From Haliotis rufescens (lineage: Eukaryota), in the NCBI RefSeq assembly GCF_023055435.1, contig NW_025963813.1, positions 38,502,001-38,566,000 on the forward strand: a stretch of DNA of 64,000 nucleotides, in the 5' to 3' direction. Both the position numbers and the translations under genes were made by a program. The notes under the pieces were generated by a model that saw only the letters and a list, made by a program, of their open reading frames with translations, had not been told where the DNA came from and made no database searches. Shown here piece after piece: positions 25,040 to 38,080 of the stretch. Within the stretch, counting starts at the first letter, position 1; every line of letters starts with the position of its first letter.

Positions 25040-26620
25040 AAATGTTCCAACCGAGGATGCTGCTTATTCCTTTGCAAATTGTTAAGAGGTGGGCTACGGG
25101 GATCAAGGGAGAAGGAGAGAGACTCGAGGATGGTCGAACAACAGGATGGCGTTCCACTACTATCACTATGGAAAGCGTTCATAAAATATACAATATTATT
25201 GTGGATGATCGACTTCTCACAACACGTCATATACCAAATATAGTAGAGACATATGCGGTAAACTACGTTTATAGCGAACACGCTTATAACGAACTGACCG
25301 ATATTACGAACTTATTTTGTGGTCCCGGACAACTACTGTTTATATGTTGACTGTATATATGCTTATAAAACGAACTGCGATTATAACGAGCTGAAATAAG
25401 TGGGTCCCTTTTCGTTCGCAATAGCAGTAGTTTACCATAGATACATATCACGGGAGACGTGAGAACTCTCTGAAGAATGAACTGATAATGACAAAGGTTT
25501 ATCTGCACGAGGCTTCCTGATACGAAACTCTCCAGCGATTTGAAGCCATGGATAAGTCTTGAACCCACTATCAACAGCTTATCTGTTCAGGCAACGACGT
25601 AAGAATATCAAGGTTTAACGTCGTTGAAGTTAATAGAGCATCGTCCGTATTCTCCAGAGTTGGCAGCATCAGACTTCCGCCTCTTCCCAAACCTGAAAAC
25701 AAAATTGTATGGTAAGCATAATGCTAGTCTGTACGGATATCATGACGACCTACATTGATGTCACACGCTTGTTACATTACAATTGACACTCTTCATAATT
25801 TCTGTAACCAGACATACAGTATAAGTGTGGTTGCAAGACAGATTTTATTGTGACACAGATATATTTCACCAGGTGGTCAGCGAGGTGTTAGACCTTGATC
25901 GTACGATCTCAGTTTATCAACTCTAACGAAAATGATAAGACCCTGGGGACATGGTTTGACCCAAATCCGGACAGAGGTTATCTTGTGTAATATTGCTTAC
26001 AAACACGAGTGCCAATGTCGTGTCAAATGACAGGAGTTATATTTACCTCAAGGACAGTCGTTTTACTAAACGTTTTACAATTTACAAAATGATTAATGAA
26101 AGACTGATTCTGACATTCATGCATGAATTTATCTGAAAACATATTGTAAATTTAGTGCATGAGCTCCAAACACACAGGAGTGGCTAATAGATAGATATCA
26201 CGGGAGACTTGAGAACTCTCTGAAGAATGAACTGATAATGACAAAGGTTTATCTGCACGAGGCTTCCTGATCCGAAACTCTCCAGCGATTTGTAGCCATG
26301 GATAAGTCGTGAGCCCACCATCATGGAGTAAACAACAGTCAAAGCTGTTGAAATACCTAGCGTCTTCTCCTCCGAAGTCTGTTCCATCCTCTGGCAAGGT
26401 GATAGCTTCGGTTTACTGGGATGGCAATGGAATCCTTCTAGTGGACTAGCCCCCAGAATGTCAGACCATTAGCAGCTAATCTACTGAGGCAACTGCGTAA
26501 GAATATCAAGGCTTAACGTCGTTGAAATTAATAGAGCATCGTCCGTATTCGCCAGAGTTGGCAGCATCAGACTTCCGCCTCTTCCCAAACCTGAAAACAA
26601 ATTTGTATGGTAAGCATAAT
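25040..26620 (+). mobile_element. Decayed mariner transposase with internal duplications (copy A)
   Basis: QIVKRWATGIK...IVDDRLLTTRHI (HTH region), GKVIASVYWDGNGILLVD, HRPYSPELAASDFRLFPNLK (YSPDLAPSD motif, present twice). Confidence 0.85.
25254..25439. mobile_element. MITE nested in the mariner remnant (also 57119-57299)
   Basis: Imperfect terminal inverted repeats cggtaaactac...tatagcgaac / gttcgcaatagcagtagtttacca. Confidence 0.65.
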
Positions 26621-27254
26621 GCTAACCTGTACGGATATCATGACGACCTACATTGATGTCACACGCTTGTCACATTACAATTGACACTCTTCATTATTTC
26701 AGGAACCATACATGCAGTATAAGTGTGGTTGCAAGACAGATTTTTTTGTGACACAGACATATTTCACCAGGTGGTCAGCGAGGTGTTAGACCTTGATCGT
26801 ACGATCTCAGTTTATCAACTCTAACGAAAATGATAAGACACTGGGGACATGTTTTGACCCAAATCCGGACAGAGGTTATCTTGTGTAATATTGCTAACAA
26901 ACACGGGTGCCAATGTCATGTCAAATGAGAGGAGTTATTTTTACTGAGGTATAAGACTGATTCTAACATACATGCATGAATTTATCTGAGAACATATTGT
27001 AAATTTAGTGCATGAGCTCCAAACACACAGGAGTGGCTAATAGATTGCTGGCAGTTGTACAACATACATGTACGTGTGTCGAACTTGTAATGTCTGGTTT
27101 TTTTTACATGGATTTCTGCTTTGTCGACACAACGTGTGAAGTTGATTATCGAAATAGGTCAACAATTTTTCTGTTATCGTAGGTTGTAAATGGTATTTGC
27201 TGAAAGCGCTGTTTCTCTTTGCAGGAGACTAGGACGGAACAATGGAAGTCCGTG

Positions 27255-28770
27255 ATGACAATGCTCCGCCATCTTGTATACTCAATCTTCTTATTCACTG
27301 TCCTTCATGGTGCAGATGCTGACATCTACATCAACACAAAGCCTGCCGTCAACAAAGTTCATGATAAATATGTGGGTGTGACACTCGACTCCAGTGTTCT
27401 TGGCCCCATTTTTATATCGTTTCGTTGGCCATTAATCGGTTTGTTTAATGTTCGACAACTAGTTTTAAGTCAAACTGTGATATATGGCTAGTTATTATAC
27501 TGTCCTTCGTCGACAGTTTTTTTAATAAATATTTGAGAAACAATATGGCATAAATATTGCCGACGTGACTTATAATTACATTCACTCACTCACTCACTCA
27601 CTCACTCACTCACTCACTCACTCACTCACTCACTCACTCACTCACTCAATCCTGAGCAAGTGTTCCTGAGCATGGTTTTGCTGTAAGTGGACTTACCCTG
27701 GCGTGAGTAATTGTATGTGAAACTATTTTATGAGTGTGTATATTGTTTCATTTCTTTTAAGTTCAAAAGCTGATATAATACGGCACAGTTTCAAATGGTT
27801 GAAGGTAAACTTTAGTAAGTTAGTTGGTTGATAAGTCTGTATGTAGATATGTCTGTAGGTGTGTAGGCAGGTAGGTAGGTAGAGCGGTATGTAGAAAGGT
27901 AGGTAGATGGCCCTGCACATGTACAAATCCAGCATTATAAAATCACCTGCGTTTGATTTACAATTAGATCGCCCATGTTCCAACATCATGTGGAAGGAGT
28001 CTCTCCAAATATCCTCAGAATCGGGGGAACCGCAGGAGATGATATTTCCTTTGCCCCGAATATTGTGCATGGCAACAACCATGGAAATATAACCGGTACT
28101 TGTCCTTTGTGTTTGTTTCACCTTTGTAGTATTCGCACTTCCTGATGACTTTGTTTTTTCAGGCAGCTGAATTATCTAGCAGTGTAGTAATATGTAATTC
28201 TAACTTGAATGTCTTTCAGCTGGCGTTTCGGATGAAATAAGTTGTTTCTCTGTCCGTGTCAGTTGGGATCTCATGTTTGGTCTGAATGTTCTTGAAGGAC
28301 ATGAATGGCACTGGGATCCTGCCAATGCTGAGGTGTTCTTGGACTATACTTCAAAGAAAGGATATCAACTGTATGACCTGGAGCTTGGCAACGGTATGCA
28401 GTAAAAATTGAATTGTAACTTTATGTAATGAATTTTAGCGGTGTGTGGCAATGAATGGATCTACTGAGTTTTGTTAATTTGTTAGTTTGTGTATTTGTAA
28501 GTTTGTTTGTTTTCTAATGCCACACTCAGCAATATTCCAGCTCTATGACGGCGTCTGTAAATAATCGGCAATCCAGTGACCGATATCATGAGCATCGATC
28601 TACGCAACTGGGATAAGATGACAAGCATCAACAAAGTCTGATCTCTAGATTGGTTATGTACATAGAGTTAAATATTATATATCACAAGTTCAACATAACA
28701 GTCACCGGCCAGGACCTTGGTTTGGAATTTGAGAGGCTGCAGAAGGTGCTTAGAGACCGTTCACACGACC
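27255..28770 (+). pseudogene. HPSE-like: Truncated, more divergent third heparanase-like paralog: exon 1 from ~27255, exon 2 27968-28095, exon 3 28220-28393, exon 4 remnant ~28680-28770
   Basis: YVGVTLDSS; PNILRIGGTAGD; WDLMFGLN...LELGN; KFNITVTGQDLG; exon 2 and 3 lengths (128, 174 nt) equal those of the intact gene; no later exons before the copy B junction. Confidence 0.85.
27582..27648. repeat. (ACTC)n microsatellite, probably an expanded SINE tail
   Basis: Direct reading; preceded by the tail-like sequence aaatattgccgacgtgac. Confidence 0.92.
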
Positions 28771-30070
28771 AGATGTCAACCGCATCACAGCCAACGACAC
28801 ACTCGCCTATATATAACAGTTACGTAATTATGATTATTCCTCACTGCCCATGTATGTAATATATCGTGTTAGAGTCACAAAGTATTTTCACGCTTTGTAC
28901 TTGCAAAGTAAATTTGGTTTAATACCCCTTTGAGCAGCATTTCTGTTATATTACAGCGTGCCAGCTTCACGTGAGAGAAAAGCCTAAAGTGACACAGGTT
29001 TCAGACAATTAATACTTTGGTGAAACCAACGAGTATGGTGCCAAGAATTCTTTAATCACATTTCAAATAAAATACAATGTGCAACATTTCAACAATTATA
29101 CATTATTCAAAATCCACTCCCTTTACATCAAACTTTCAAAGCATATTGCAAATATAGACAATCATAAAATATGATATCATACTATCATTCTTTGCTAGGA
29201 TTGAAAAGTCTGTGGAAGGAAGACCAGAACTGAAAGAAAGCTGTATAAATGCAATTTGAGAAGGCAATTAATTTGGTCATCATGTACTATTTAATACTTT
29301 TACGTTAAATATATTTCAACTTTAGCTGAAAAACCTTTCTTGATTGTTAACTTCAACACAATACATTTGATAAGTAATATAACTACATTGAGAGAGTTGT
29401 CTCCCTTCCACAGATGTCGTTAACCAGTTGAGAACAAGCTCCCACGTCTGAGCAACATATTCACAATCATAAAATCAAAAACAATAATGTACATACAGTT
29501 GAGTACGGGAATGGAATATTTTACAGTGAGAAAGCTGTCAAATTGGATCCAAGGTTGCACAGCCTTTTTTAAATATTTTAGCCACACATATTATTCTCGA
29601 ATGGTTCAATAAATAACATAAATTGTAACTGCACACAATATATAGATAACAAATTTCAACAGAATGACAAAAGGTTTTCATTGTAAATGTAATAAGGTGT
29701 TGATGTTTTAAATAGTTTTCATTATGCTTTTATTTACCCTGCATAATTTAAATTATCAATTACTTCGATCAATGCCATGTGATTTACATTTGTATTTAAT
29801 AATATTTGATTTATTTTCTATCTTATTAAAAAATATAAAATGTAAAAAATATATCTTGTCTGAGTGAGTGAGTGAGTGAGTATGGTGTTATGCCGCTTTT
29901 AGCAATATTCCAGCAATATCACGGCTGGGGACTCTAGTCTGAGAGCAAGATGAATCGATTCTTGCATTTATTTAAAGGGGTTTTTTTTAATTCTGAATTA
30001 TATTTGTTCCCTCCATATCATGTAGTTTAGCTTGGCCAAAAGGTGAAAAAGGGAAAGATATTATTACTGA

Positions 30071-30168
30071 ACCGCAATGGGTACAATGTGTGAAAACCAT
30101 TTCTGGTGTCCCCCGCCGTGATATTGCTGGAATATTGCTAAAAGCGGCGCAAAACCATACTCACTCAC
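30071..30168 (+). mobile_element. 5'-truncated SINE family 1, specific to copy B
   Basis: Body and tail only; imperfect TSD tattattactgaa/tatcattacagaa; empty site at ~2101-2113. Confidence 0.8.
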
Positions 30169-32265
30169 TATCATTACAGAAAAACACTTGTTAGCGAATT
30201 TGCTAGTTTTATTTTCATAGTTCACTACTAAAAACCTATTACATGTATATACATGTATTCTGCTTTTCCTTTTATCACAAATAACTCCATTAGGTCATTG
30301 ATCTACGATCATTATCTATTTCAAATACAATTCTAAAGTCTCATTTATAAAAAGAAATATGAACGAAAAAGTGTTATTGGCCATACAAGTAAATTTTGCA
30401 CAAACGTCTAAGTAGGCAGCCAAGTGAGAAATATAAGATGAGGCGAGAATCTGTTTCCTGGTGGTCTTTGTGAAACACATTTTGTTGGTTTTTTTTAGCA
30501 CATGAAGAGTATATACATTGAACAATACAATACAATACAATTCAAAACAATGGAATGCAGTACAATACAATACAAATCGAGGTTATTCCTGGTGGAATTC
30601 ATGTTTTCATAAATTGGATATAAATATCAACAACACATCATAACACACGAAGTATGAATAAGCGGCTTGCATGGTGCGTGAGTGCACTTGAGTTAGGGCA
30701 AGTCACCAATTTTGTCGACGTTTGCGTTTGCGAATACGGTCTGCGACTGCGATTTTAAGTATCAAGTGCTATTATGTCATGTTAAACTCACTTACAGCGC
30801 CAATCTGGGCCAATCAGTGTTTTGGGGACTGGTTTGCGATTTCTTCTCCGTTGCGATATATCAATCAGGGGGCTTTTAAATCGCATCGCACCATCTAAAT
30901 ATAAATCTTGATTCTTAAGACACGTGACTACGGTCATGTGACTTGGATATTCCTTGCAGCTCTAAAACCACATGTAAAAGGCCATACTTTAAAATGGCAT
31001 TAAAATGAAAAGTCGTGAGGGTATTGCAGCAGCTGTCGACATGGAATCTTTCTTGCAGATTCATCATGATGATAGAGATTTGGATGTTGTTGCCTTTGTC
31101 AAACTGTTAGCAACAATGACAGTGGAGCTATCTTATTTTCTTCTACCTATTCTTTTAGCACCGTCAGTATATTCGGCGACTACATTTTGAATTTAGCCAA
31201 AATACGTAAACATGAGTTTTCCACGATCGCAGACACAAACGCAAACGGAGACAGTGATCGAAAGTAGGTTTGTTGAAAACATTTGCTGCGTATGAAAACC
31301 TTTTAATCAACGATATAATTTATGTTTACTTACTCCTGTGTGATCGTACAATAGAATAAACATTTTCATTGTTAGTAAAGAATAAATAATGTTCGATATT
31401 TGGTTATCGATTTGAGTCTTGTTTGGGTTATAAAGCCCAATTTACTTTTCGTCCCTTGAAAATGTTGGATGCCAATTTCCTCGAGTTGTGGTTATCACAA
31501 ATGAAAGAGCACCGACACTGAAACTGATTGAAGGTAATCTTTGAAACACTTAGCGTATGAAATAATCACGACCACTTCCGTCAATTTCTTTTACGTCAAA
31601 ACACTAAAATTCATCGGGACTTTTTATCGGTAAACTAACCTCGTGGACAAACCCCAGTGTATACATTATGACATAATGTCAAATGCCTATTATCGATATG
31701 ATATGTATTTTCAATGATATGAATTATTTGACAATTAGACGTCAAACTAGGGCGCTTGATTGACTCCAGTTGTCAGATTAAGGCATTTCCATATTACGAC
31801 TAATGTAGAAAAGTAGCAAGCCTAGAATACCATTACTTTCACCGTTGGATAGTTCCGTGAAATTGCTGACTTTAGATACTGTTGGAAAGAGAATCAACTA
31901 GAGATGTACAATGTGTGAAATAAGAAGGGCGTGACGCTTTTGATACAATGAGTACGTTTTTGAAGCCACGACGTCATCACAATACGGCGCTGAGCGGTAT
32001 ACAAAGCCAGTTGACGGCCCAGCTCACCGAGTGAGTGAGTGTGTGAGTTAAGATTTAACGTCACATCGGCAGTATTTCAGCCATATCGTGACGATAAGTA
32101 CATTAATAATACATAGATTTAGACTAAATAAAAAGCTGTCAACGAAAGACAATACAATAACTAGAATATCACATATTCGATTTAAAACTCGTTGCGAATA
32201 TGTAAGTATCACTGAACACCACAATATAAAAATGGGCTAAGGATCGTCAGTAACTAAAGTGAGAT

Positions 32266-33208
32266 CCCAGCTGAATGAGGGTTAAAGTGACGTGTCACAA
32301 TAGGGCACCGAGCGGTATACAAAGCCAGCGGACGGCCCAGCTGAATGAGGGTTAAAGTGATGTGTCACAATACGGCACCGAGCGGTATACAAAGCCAGCG
32401 GACGGCCCAGCTGAATGAGGGTGAAAGTGATGTGTCACAATACGGTACCGAGCGGCATACAAAGCCAGCGGACGGCCCAGCTCAATGAGGGTTAAAGTGA
32501 TGTGTCACAATACGGCACTGAGCGGTTTACAAAGCCAGCTGACGGCCCAGCTAAATGAGGGTGAAAGTGATGTGTCACAATAGGGCACCGAGCGGTATAC
32601 AAAGCCAGCGGACGGCCCAGCTAAATGAGGGTGAAAGTGACGTGTCACAATAGGGCACCGAGCGGTAAACAAAGCCAGCGGACGGCCCAGCTCAATGAGG
32701 GTTAAAGTGATGTGTCACAATACGGCACCGAGCGGTATACAAAGCCAGCGGACGGCCCAGCTAAATGAGGGTGAAAGTGATGTGTCACAATACGGCACCG
32801 AGCGGTATACAAAGCCAGCGGACGGCCCAGCTCAATAAGGGTTAAAGTGACGTGTAACAATACGGCACTGAGAGGTATACAAAGCCAGCGGACGGCCCAA
32901 CTCTATGAGGGTGAAAGTGATGTGTCACAACACGGCACAAAGCGGTATACAAAGCCAGCGGACGGCCCAGCTAAATGAGGGTGAAAGTGACGTGTCACAA
33001 TACGGCACCGAGCGGTATACAAAGCCAGCGGACGGCCTAGCTCAATGAGGGTTAAAGTGACTTGTCACAATACGGCACTGAGCGGTATACAAAGCCAGCG
33101 GACGGCCCAGCTAAATGAGGGTGGAAGTGATGTGTCACAATACGGCACCGAGCGGTATACAAAGCCAGCGGACGGCCAAGCTAAATGAGGGTTAAAATGA
33201 TGTGTCAC
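32266..33208. repeat. 70-bp minisatellite, ~13.5 units (copy B)
   Basis: Period 70 (cccag ending at 32270, 32340, 32410...). Confidence 0.95.
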
Positions 33209-33299
33209 CTGCCGTATTTTGTACATTTCCATCGGCTCCTGCCATAACTGACACATGAAGCCATTCTATCGATCCACTCGCTGATACTCTATCGACTCC

Positions 33300-36200
33300 T
33301 GTGACGTCTGTGTTATTATTTCCATTTATATGAACTCCGGTAACATATCAAAACATCATTTCCATTCGCTTTTCGATGCTCATGAAGAGGTACGTAACCA
33401 GTGCACAACCTTTTGACACCCACGCATAATGTTCCAAGAAGCAGTGTGGCCCCATTGTTATTCTGTACATTCACAATAGCTCCAGCCCTCAGTAACATAT
33501 CAACACACTTTTGAGAACCACTCTTTAATGCAGAGTGGTGTGTCGCTTGTGTTGCGTAAGTTAACAACAGCTCTGATATTCAATAACATAATAAATCTCT
33601 TTCGATCTACGCATTACTGCTCCATGGAGAAGTGTGGCTCCCTTGTCATTCTGTACATACACATCAGCTCCAACCGTCAGTAACAGGTCAACACACTCTT
33701 TCCATCGTGACATTGATGCGCCATGAAGTGGTGTGTTGCCTGTGTTATTCCGTACATTCACACCAGCTCCAGGATCCAGTAATATATGAACACACTCTTT
33801 CGATCCATGCATTGATTCACCATGTACTGGTGTGTCGCCCGCACTGTCTCTTCGTGTACATGAGCTTAAAGCTTCAATAACACATCAACAAACAATTACC
33901 ACCCATGCATTGATATTCCATGTAGTGATGTGTCTTCCGTACTATTCTCTACATTTACATAAGTTCCAGCCATCAGTAAAACATCAACATACTATTTCGA
34001 CCCATGCATTATAACTCCATGTAGTGGTGTGTCGTCCGTACTGTCTTTATGTTTACATCAGCTCCAACCTTCAATTATAACAGATTAACACACTCTTTCG
34101 TAGACGCATTGATCCTCCATAAGTGGTGTGTCGCCTGTGTTATTCTCTACATTCACTGCAGCACCAGCCTTCAGTAACAGTTCAACACACTCTTTCGATC
34201 CATGGATTGATGCTGCATGAAGTGGTGTGTCGCCTGAGTTGTTTTGTACTTTTATATCAGCGCCAGCCTTCAGTAACATATCAACACACTTTTGAGATCC
34301 ACGCCTTGATGCTCTATGAAGTGAAGTGTCGCCTGTTTTATTCTCAACATTCACATCAGCTGCAACCTTCAGTAAAATATCAACCCACGTTTGAGATCTA
34401 CACCCTGATGCCTGTCTCGTTTTGTGCTATGAGTTATGAAGTGGTGTGTCGCCCGATCTATTCGGTACCTGTATATCAGCCCAAGCCTTCAGTAACAGGT
34501 CAACACAGTCTTTCGATCCATGGATTGATGCTGCATGGAGTGCCGTGTAGCCTGAACAACACACTTTTGAGATCCACACCTGGATGCTTCATGAAGTGGA
34601 GTGTCGCCTGTCTCGTTTCGTACTTTAACATCAGCTCCAGCCTTCAGTAACATATCAACACACTTTTGAGATCCAAACATTGATGCGATATGAAGTGGTG
34701 TGTCGCCTGCTCTATTCTGTACCTGTATGTCAGCCACAGCCTCCAGCAACAGGTTAACACAGTCTTTAGATCCATACATTGATGCTGCATTGAGTGCTGT
34801 GTAGCCTGAGTTGTTTTGTACTTTTACATCAGCCCCAGCCTTCAGTAACAGGTAAACACACTTTTTCGATCCATGGATTGATGCTGCATGGAGTGCTGTG
34901 TAGCCTGAGTTGTTTTGTACTTTTACATCAGCCCCAGCCTTCAGTAACAGATCAACACACTTTTGAAATCCACACCTGGATGCTTCATGAAGTGGAGTGT
35001 CGCCTGTCTCGTTTTGTACTTTTACATCAGCCCCAGCCTTCAGTAACAGATCAACACATTGTCAGATCCACATCTCGATGCTTCATGAAGTGGAGTGTCG
35101 CCTGTCTCGTTTTGTACTTGTACATCAGCCCCAGCCTTCAGTAACAGATCAACACACTTTTGAGATCAACACCTGGATGCTTCAGGAAGTGGAGTGTCGC
35201 CCGTCTCCTTTTGTACTTTTACATCAGCTCCAGCCTTCAGTAACAGATCAACAAACTTTTGAGATCGATACCTCAATACTTTATGAAGTGGTGTGTCGCC
35301 TGTTCTATTCTGTACCTGTATATCAGCCCCTGCCTTCAGTAACAGGTCAACACACTCTTTCGATCCATACATTAATGTTCTACAGAGTGGCGCGAGTCCT
35401 ATCTGATCCCCGACATTCAGGCCAGCCTTCTGTAACAGGTAAATACGCTCTTCCAATCCGAGCCCTAATACGTTATGAAGTGGAGTGTCGCCTGCCTCGT
35501 TTTGTACTTTAACATCAGCTCCAGCCTTCAGTAACATATCAACACACTTTTCAGATCTGCACATTGATGCGTTATGAAGTGGTGTTTCGCCTGTCTTGTT
35601 TTGTACTTTTACATCAGCTCCAGCCTTCAGTAACAGGTCAACACACTTATGAGATCCACATCTGGATGCTTCATGAAGTGGAGAGTAGCCTGTCTTGTTT
35701 TGTACTTTTACATCAGCCCCAGCCTTCAGTAACATATCAACACATTTTTGAGATCCACATCTGGATGCATCATGAAGTGGAGTGTCGCCTCTCTCGTTTT
35801 GTACTTTCACATCAGCCCCAGCCTCCAGTAACAGATCAACACACTTTTGAGATCCGCACATTGATGCTGCATGGAGTGCTGTGTAGCCTGATTTGTTTTG
35901 TACTTTTACATCAGCCCCAGCCTTTAGTAACAGATCAACACACTTTTGAGATCCGCACATTGATGCTGCATGGAGTGCTGTGTAGCCTGATTTGTTTTGT
36001 ACTTTTACATCAGCCCCAGCCTTCAGTAACAGATCGACACACTTTTGAGATCCACACCTGGATGCTTCATGAAGTGGAGTGTAGCTTGTCTCGTTTTGTA
36101 CTTTTACATCAGCCCCAGCATTCAGTAACAGGTCAACACACTTTTCAGATCCACACCTGGATGCTTTATGAAGTGGAGTGTCGCCTGTCTCGTTTTGTAC

Positions 36201-36422
36201 TTTTACATCAGCCCCAGCCTTCAGTAACAGATCAACACACCTTTCAGATCCACACCTGGATGCTTCATGAAGTGAAGTGTCGCCTGTCTCGTTTTGTACT
36301 TTTACATCAGCCCCAACCTTCAGTAACAGGTCAACACACTTTTGAGATCCAAATATTGATGCTGCATGGAGTGCTGTGCAGCCTGATTTGGTTTGTACTT
36401 TTACATCAGCCCCAGCCTCCAG
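33300..36422 (-). pseudogene. Untranslated continuation of the ankyrin array downstream of the copy B stop (about 30 further repeats)
   Basis: TTA>TAA at 36423-36425; the same frame appears to stay open to GGA>TGA at 35166-35168; then frameshifted fragments 34489-34779, 34085-34354, 33561-33812, 33316-33567. Confidence 0.88.
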
Positions 36423-38080
36423 TTACAGATCAACACACTTTTCAGATCCACACCTGGATGCTTCATGAAGTGGAGTGTCGCTTGTCTCGTTTTGTACTTT
36501 TACATCAGCCCCAGCCTTCAGTAACAGGTCAACACACTTTTCAGATCCGCACATTGATGTTGCATGGAGTGCTGAGCAGCCTGATTTGTTTTGTACTTTT
36601 ACATCAGCCCAAGCCTTCAGTATCAGATCAACACACTTTTCAGATCCACACCTGGATGCTTCAAGAAGTGGAGTGTCGCCTGTCTCGTTTTGTACTTTTA
36701 CATCAGCCCCAGCCTTCAGTAACAGATCAACACACTTTTCAGATCCACACCTGGATGCTTCATGAAGTGGAGTGTCGCCTGTCTCGTTTTGTACTTTTAC
36801 ATCAGCTCCAGCCTGCAGTAACAGATCAACACACCTTTGACATCCATACCTCAATACTTTATGAAGTGGTGTGTCGCCTGTTCTATTCTGTACCTGTATA
36901 TCAGCCCCAGCCTTCAGTAACAGGTCAACACACTCTTTCGATCCATACATTGATACTCTATGGAGTGTCACGAGTCCTCTCTGATCCCCGACATTCAAGC
37001 CAGCCTTCCGAAACAGGTAAAAACGCTCTTCAGATCCGAGCCCTGATACGTTATGAAGTGGAGTATCGCCTGTCTCGTTTTGTACTTTAACATCAGCTCC
37101 AGCCTTCAGTAACATATCAACACAATTTTGAGATCTGCACATTGATGCGACATGAAGTGGTGTGTCGCCTGTTCTATTCTGTACCTGTATATCAGCCCCA
37201 GCCTTCAGTAACAGGTCAACACAGTCTTTAGATCCATACATTGATGCTGCATGGAGTGCTGTGTAGCCTGAGTTGTTTTGTACTCTAACATCAGCCCCAG
37301 CCTTCAGTAACAGGTAAACACTCTTTTGAGATCCGCACATTGATGCTGCATGGAGTGCTGTGCAGCCTGAGTCGTTTTGTACTTTTACATCAGCCCCAGC
37401 CTTCAGTAACAGATCAACACACTTTTGAGATCCAAACATTGATGCGTTATGAAGTGGTGTGTCGCCTGTCTCGTTTTGTACTTTTACATCAGCTCCAGCC
37501 TTCAGTAACAGGTCAACACACTTTTCAGATCCATACCTGGATGCGTTATGAAGTGGTGTGTCGCCTGTCTCGTTTTTTACTTTTACATCAGCTCCAGCCT
37601 TCAGTAACAGGTCAACACACTTCTGAGATCCATACCTCAATGCGGTATGAAGTGGAGTGTCGCCTGTCTCGTTTTGTACTTTTACATCAGCTCCAGCCTT
37701 CAATAACATATCAACACACTTTTGAGATCCAAACATTGATGCGATATGAAGTGGTGTGAAGCCTCGTCTATTCTGTGCCTGTACATCAGCCCCAGCCTTC
37801 AGTAACAGGTCAACACACTCGTTCGATGCATGGATTGATGCTCTATGGAGTGCTGTGTAGCTTGAGTTGTTTTGTACTTTTACATCAGCCCCAGCCTTCA
37901 GTAACAGATCAACACACTTTTCAGATCCACACCTTGATGCATCATGAAGTGGAGTGTCGGCTGTCTCGTTTTGTACTTTCACATCAGCTCCAGCCTTCAG
38001 TAACATATCAACACACTCTTTCGATCCATGGATTGATGCTACATGGAGTGCTGTGTTTCCTGTGTTATCCTCTATATTTA
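33450..38080 (-). repeat. 99-bp ankyrin-coding tandem array, copy B (~46-47 units, ~16 translated)
   Basis: Same 99-nt unit; 16 full repeats plus one partial counted in the 1370-aa ORF. Confidence 0.93.

Larger units (their letters stand above)
1101..26600. repeat. Segmental duplication, copy A (NLR-like ankyrin gene + heparanase-like gene + mariner remnant)
   Basis: Colinear high similarity to 29050-58410: 1101 ctttattcacatttcaaataaaatacaatg vs 29050 ctttaatcacatttcaaataaaatacaatg; exons, introns, minisatellites and most SINEs match in order. Confidence 0.95.

Noticed and set aside
32266-33208. Regular 70-, 64- and 73-bp arrays as possible CRISPR arrays
   Set aside because: Units are contiguous with no unique spacers, there are no cas genes, and the context is eukaryotic
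35564-37090. Long plus-strand ORFs over the ankyrin arrays (508 aa here; also 6093-6959, 34123-35512, 37340-38086)
   Set aside because: Antisense shadows of a 99-nt repeat that lacks stops in one reverse frame; no independent protein features
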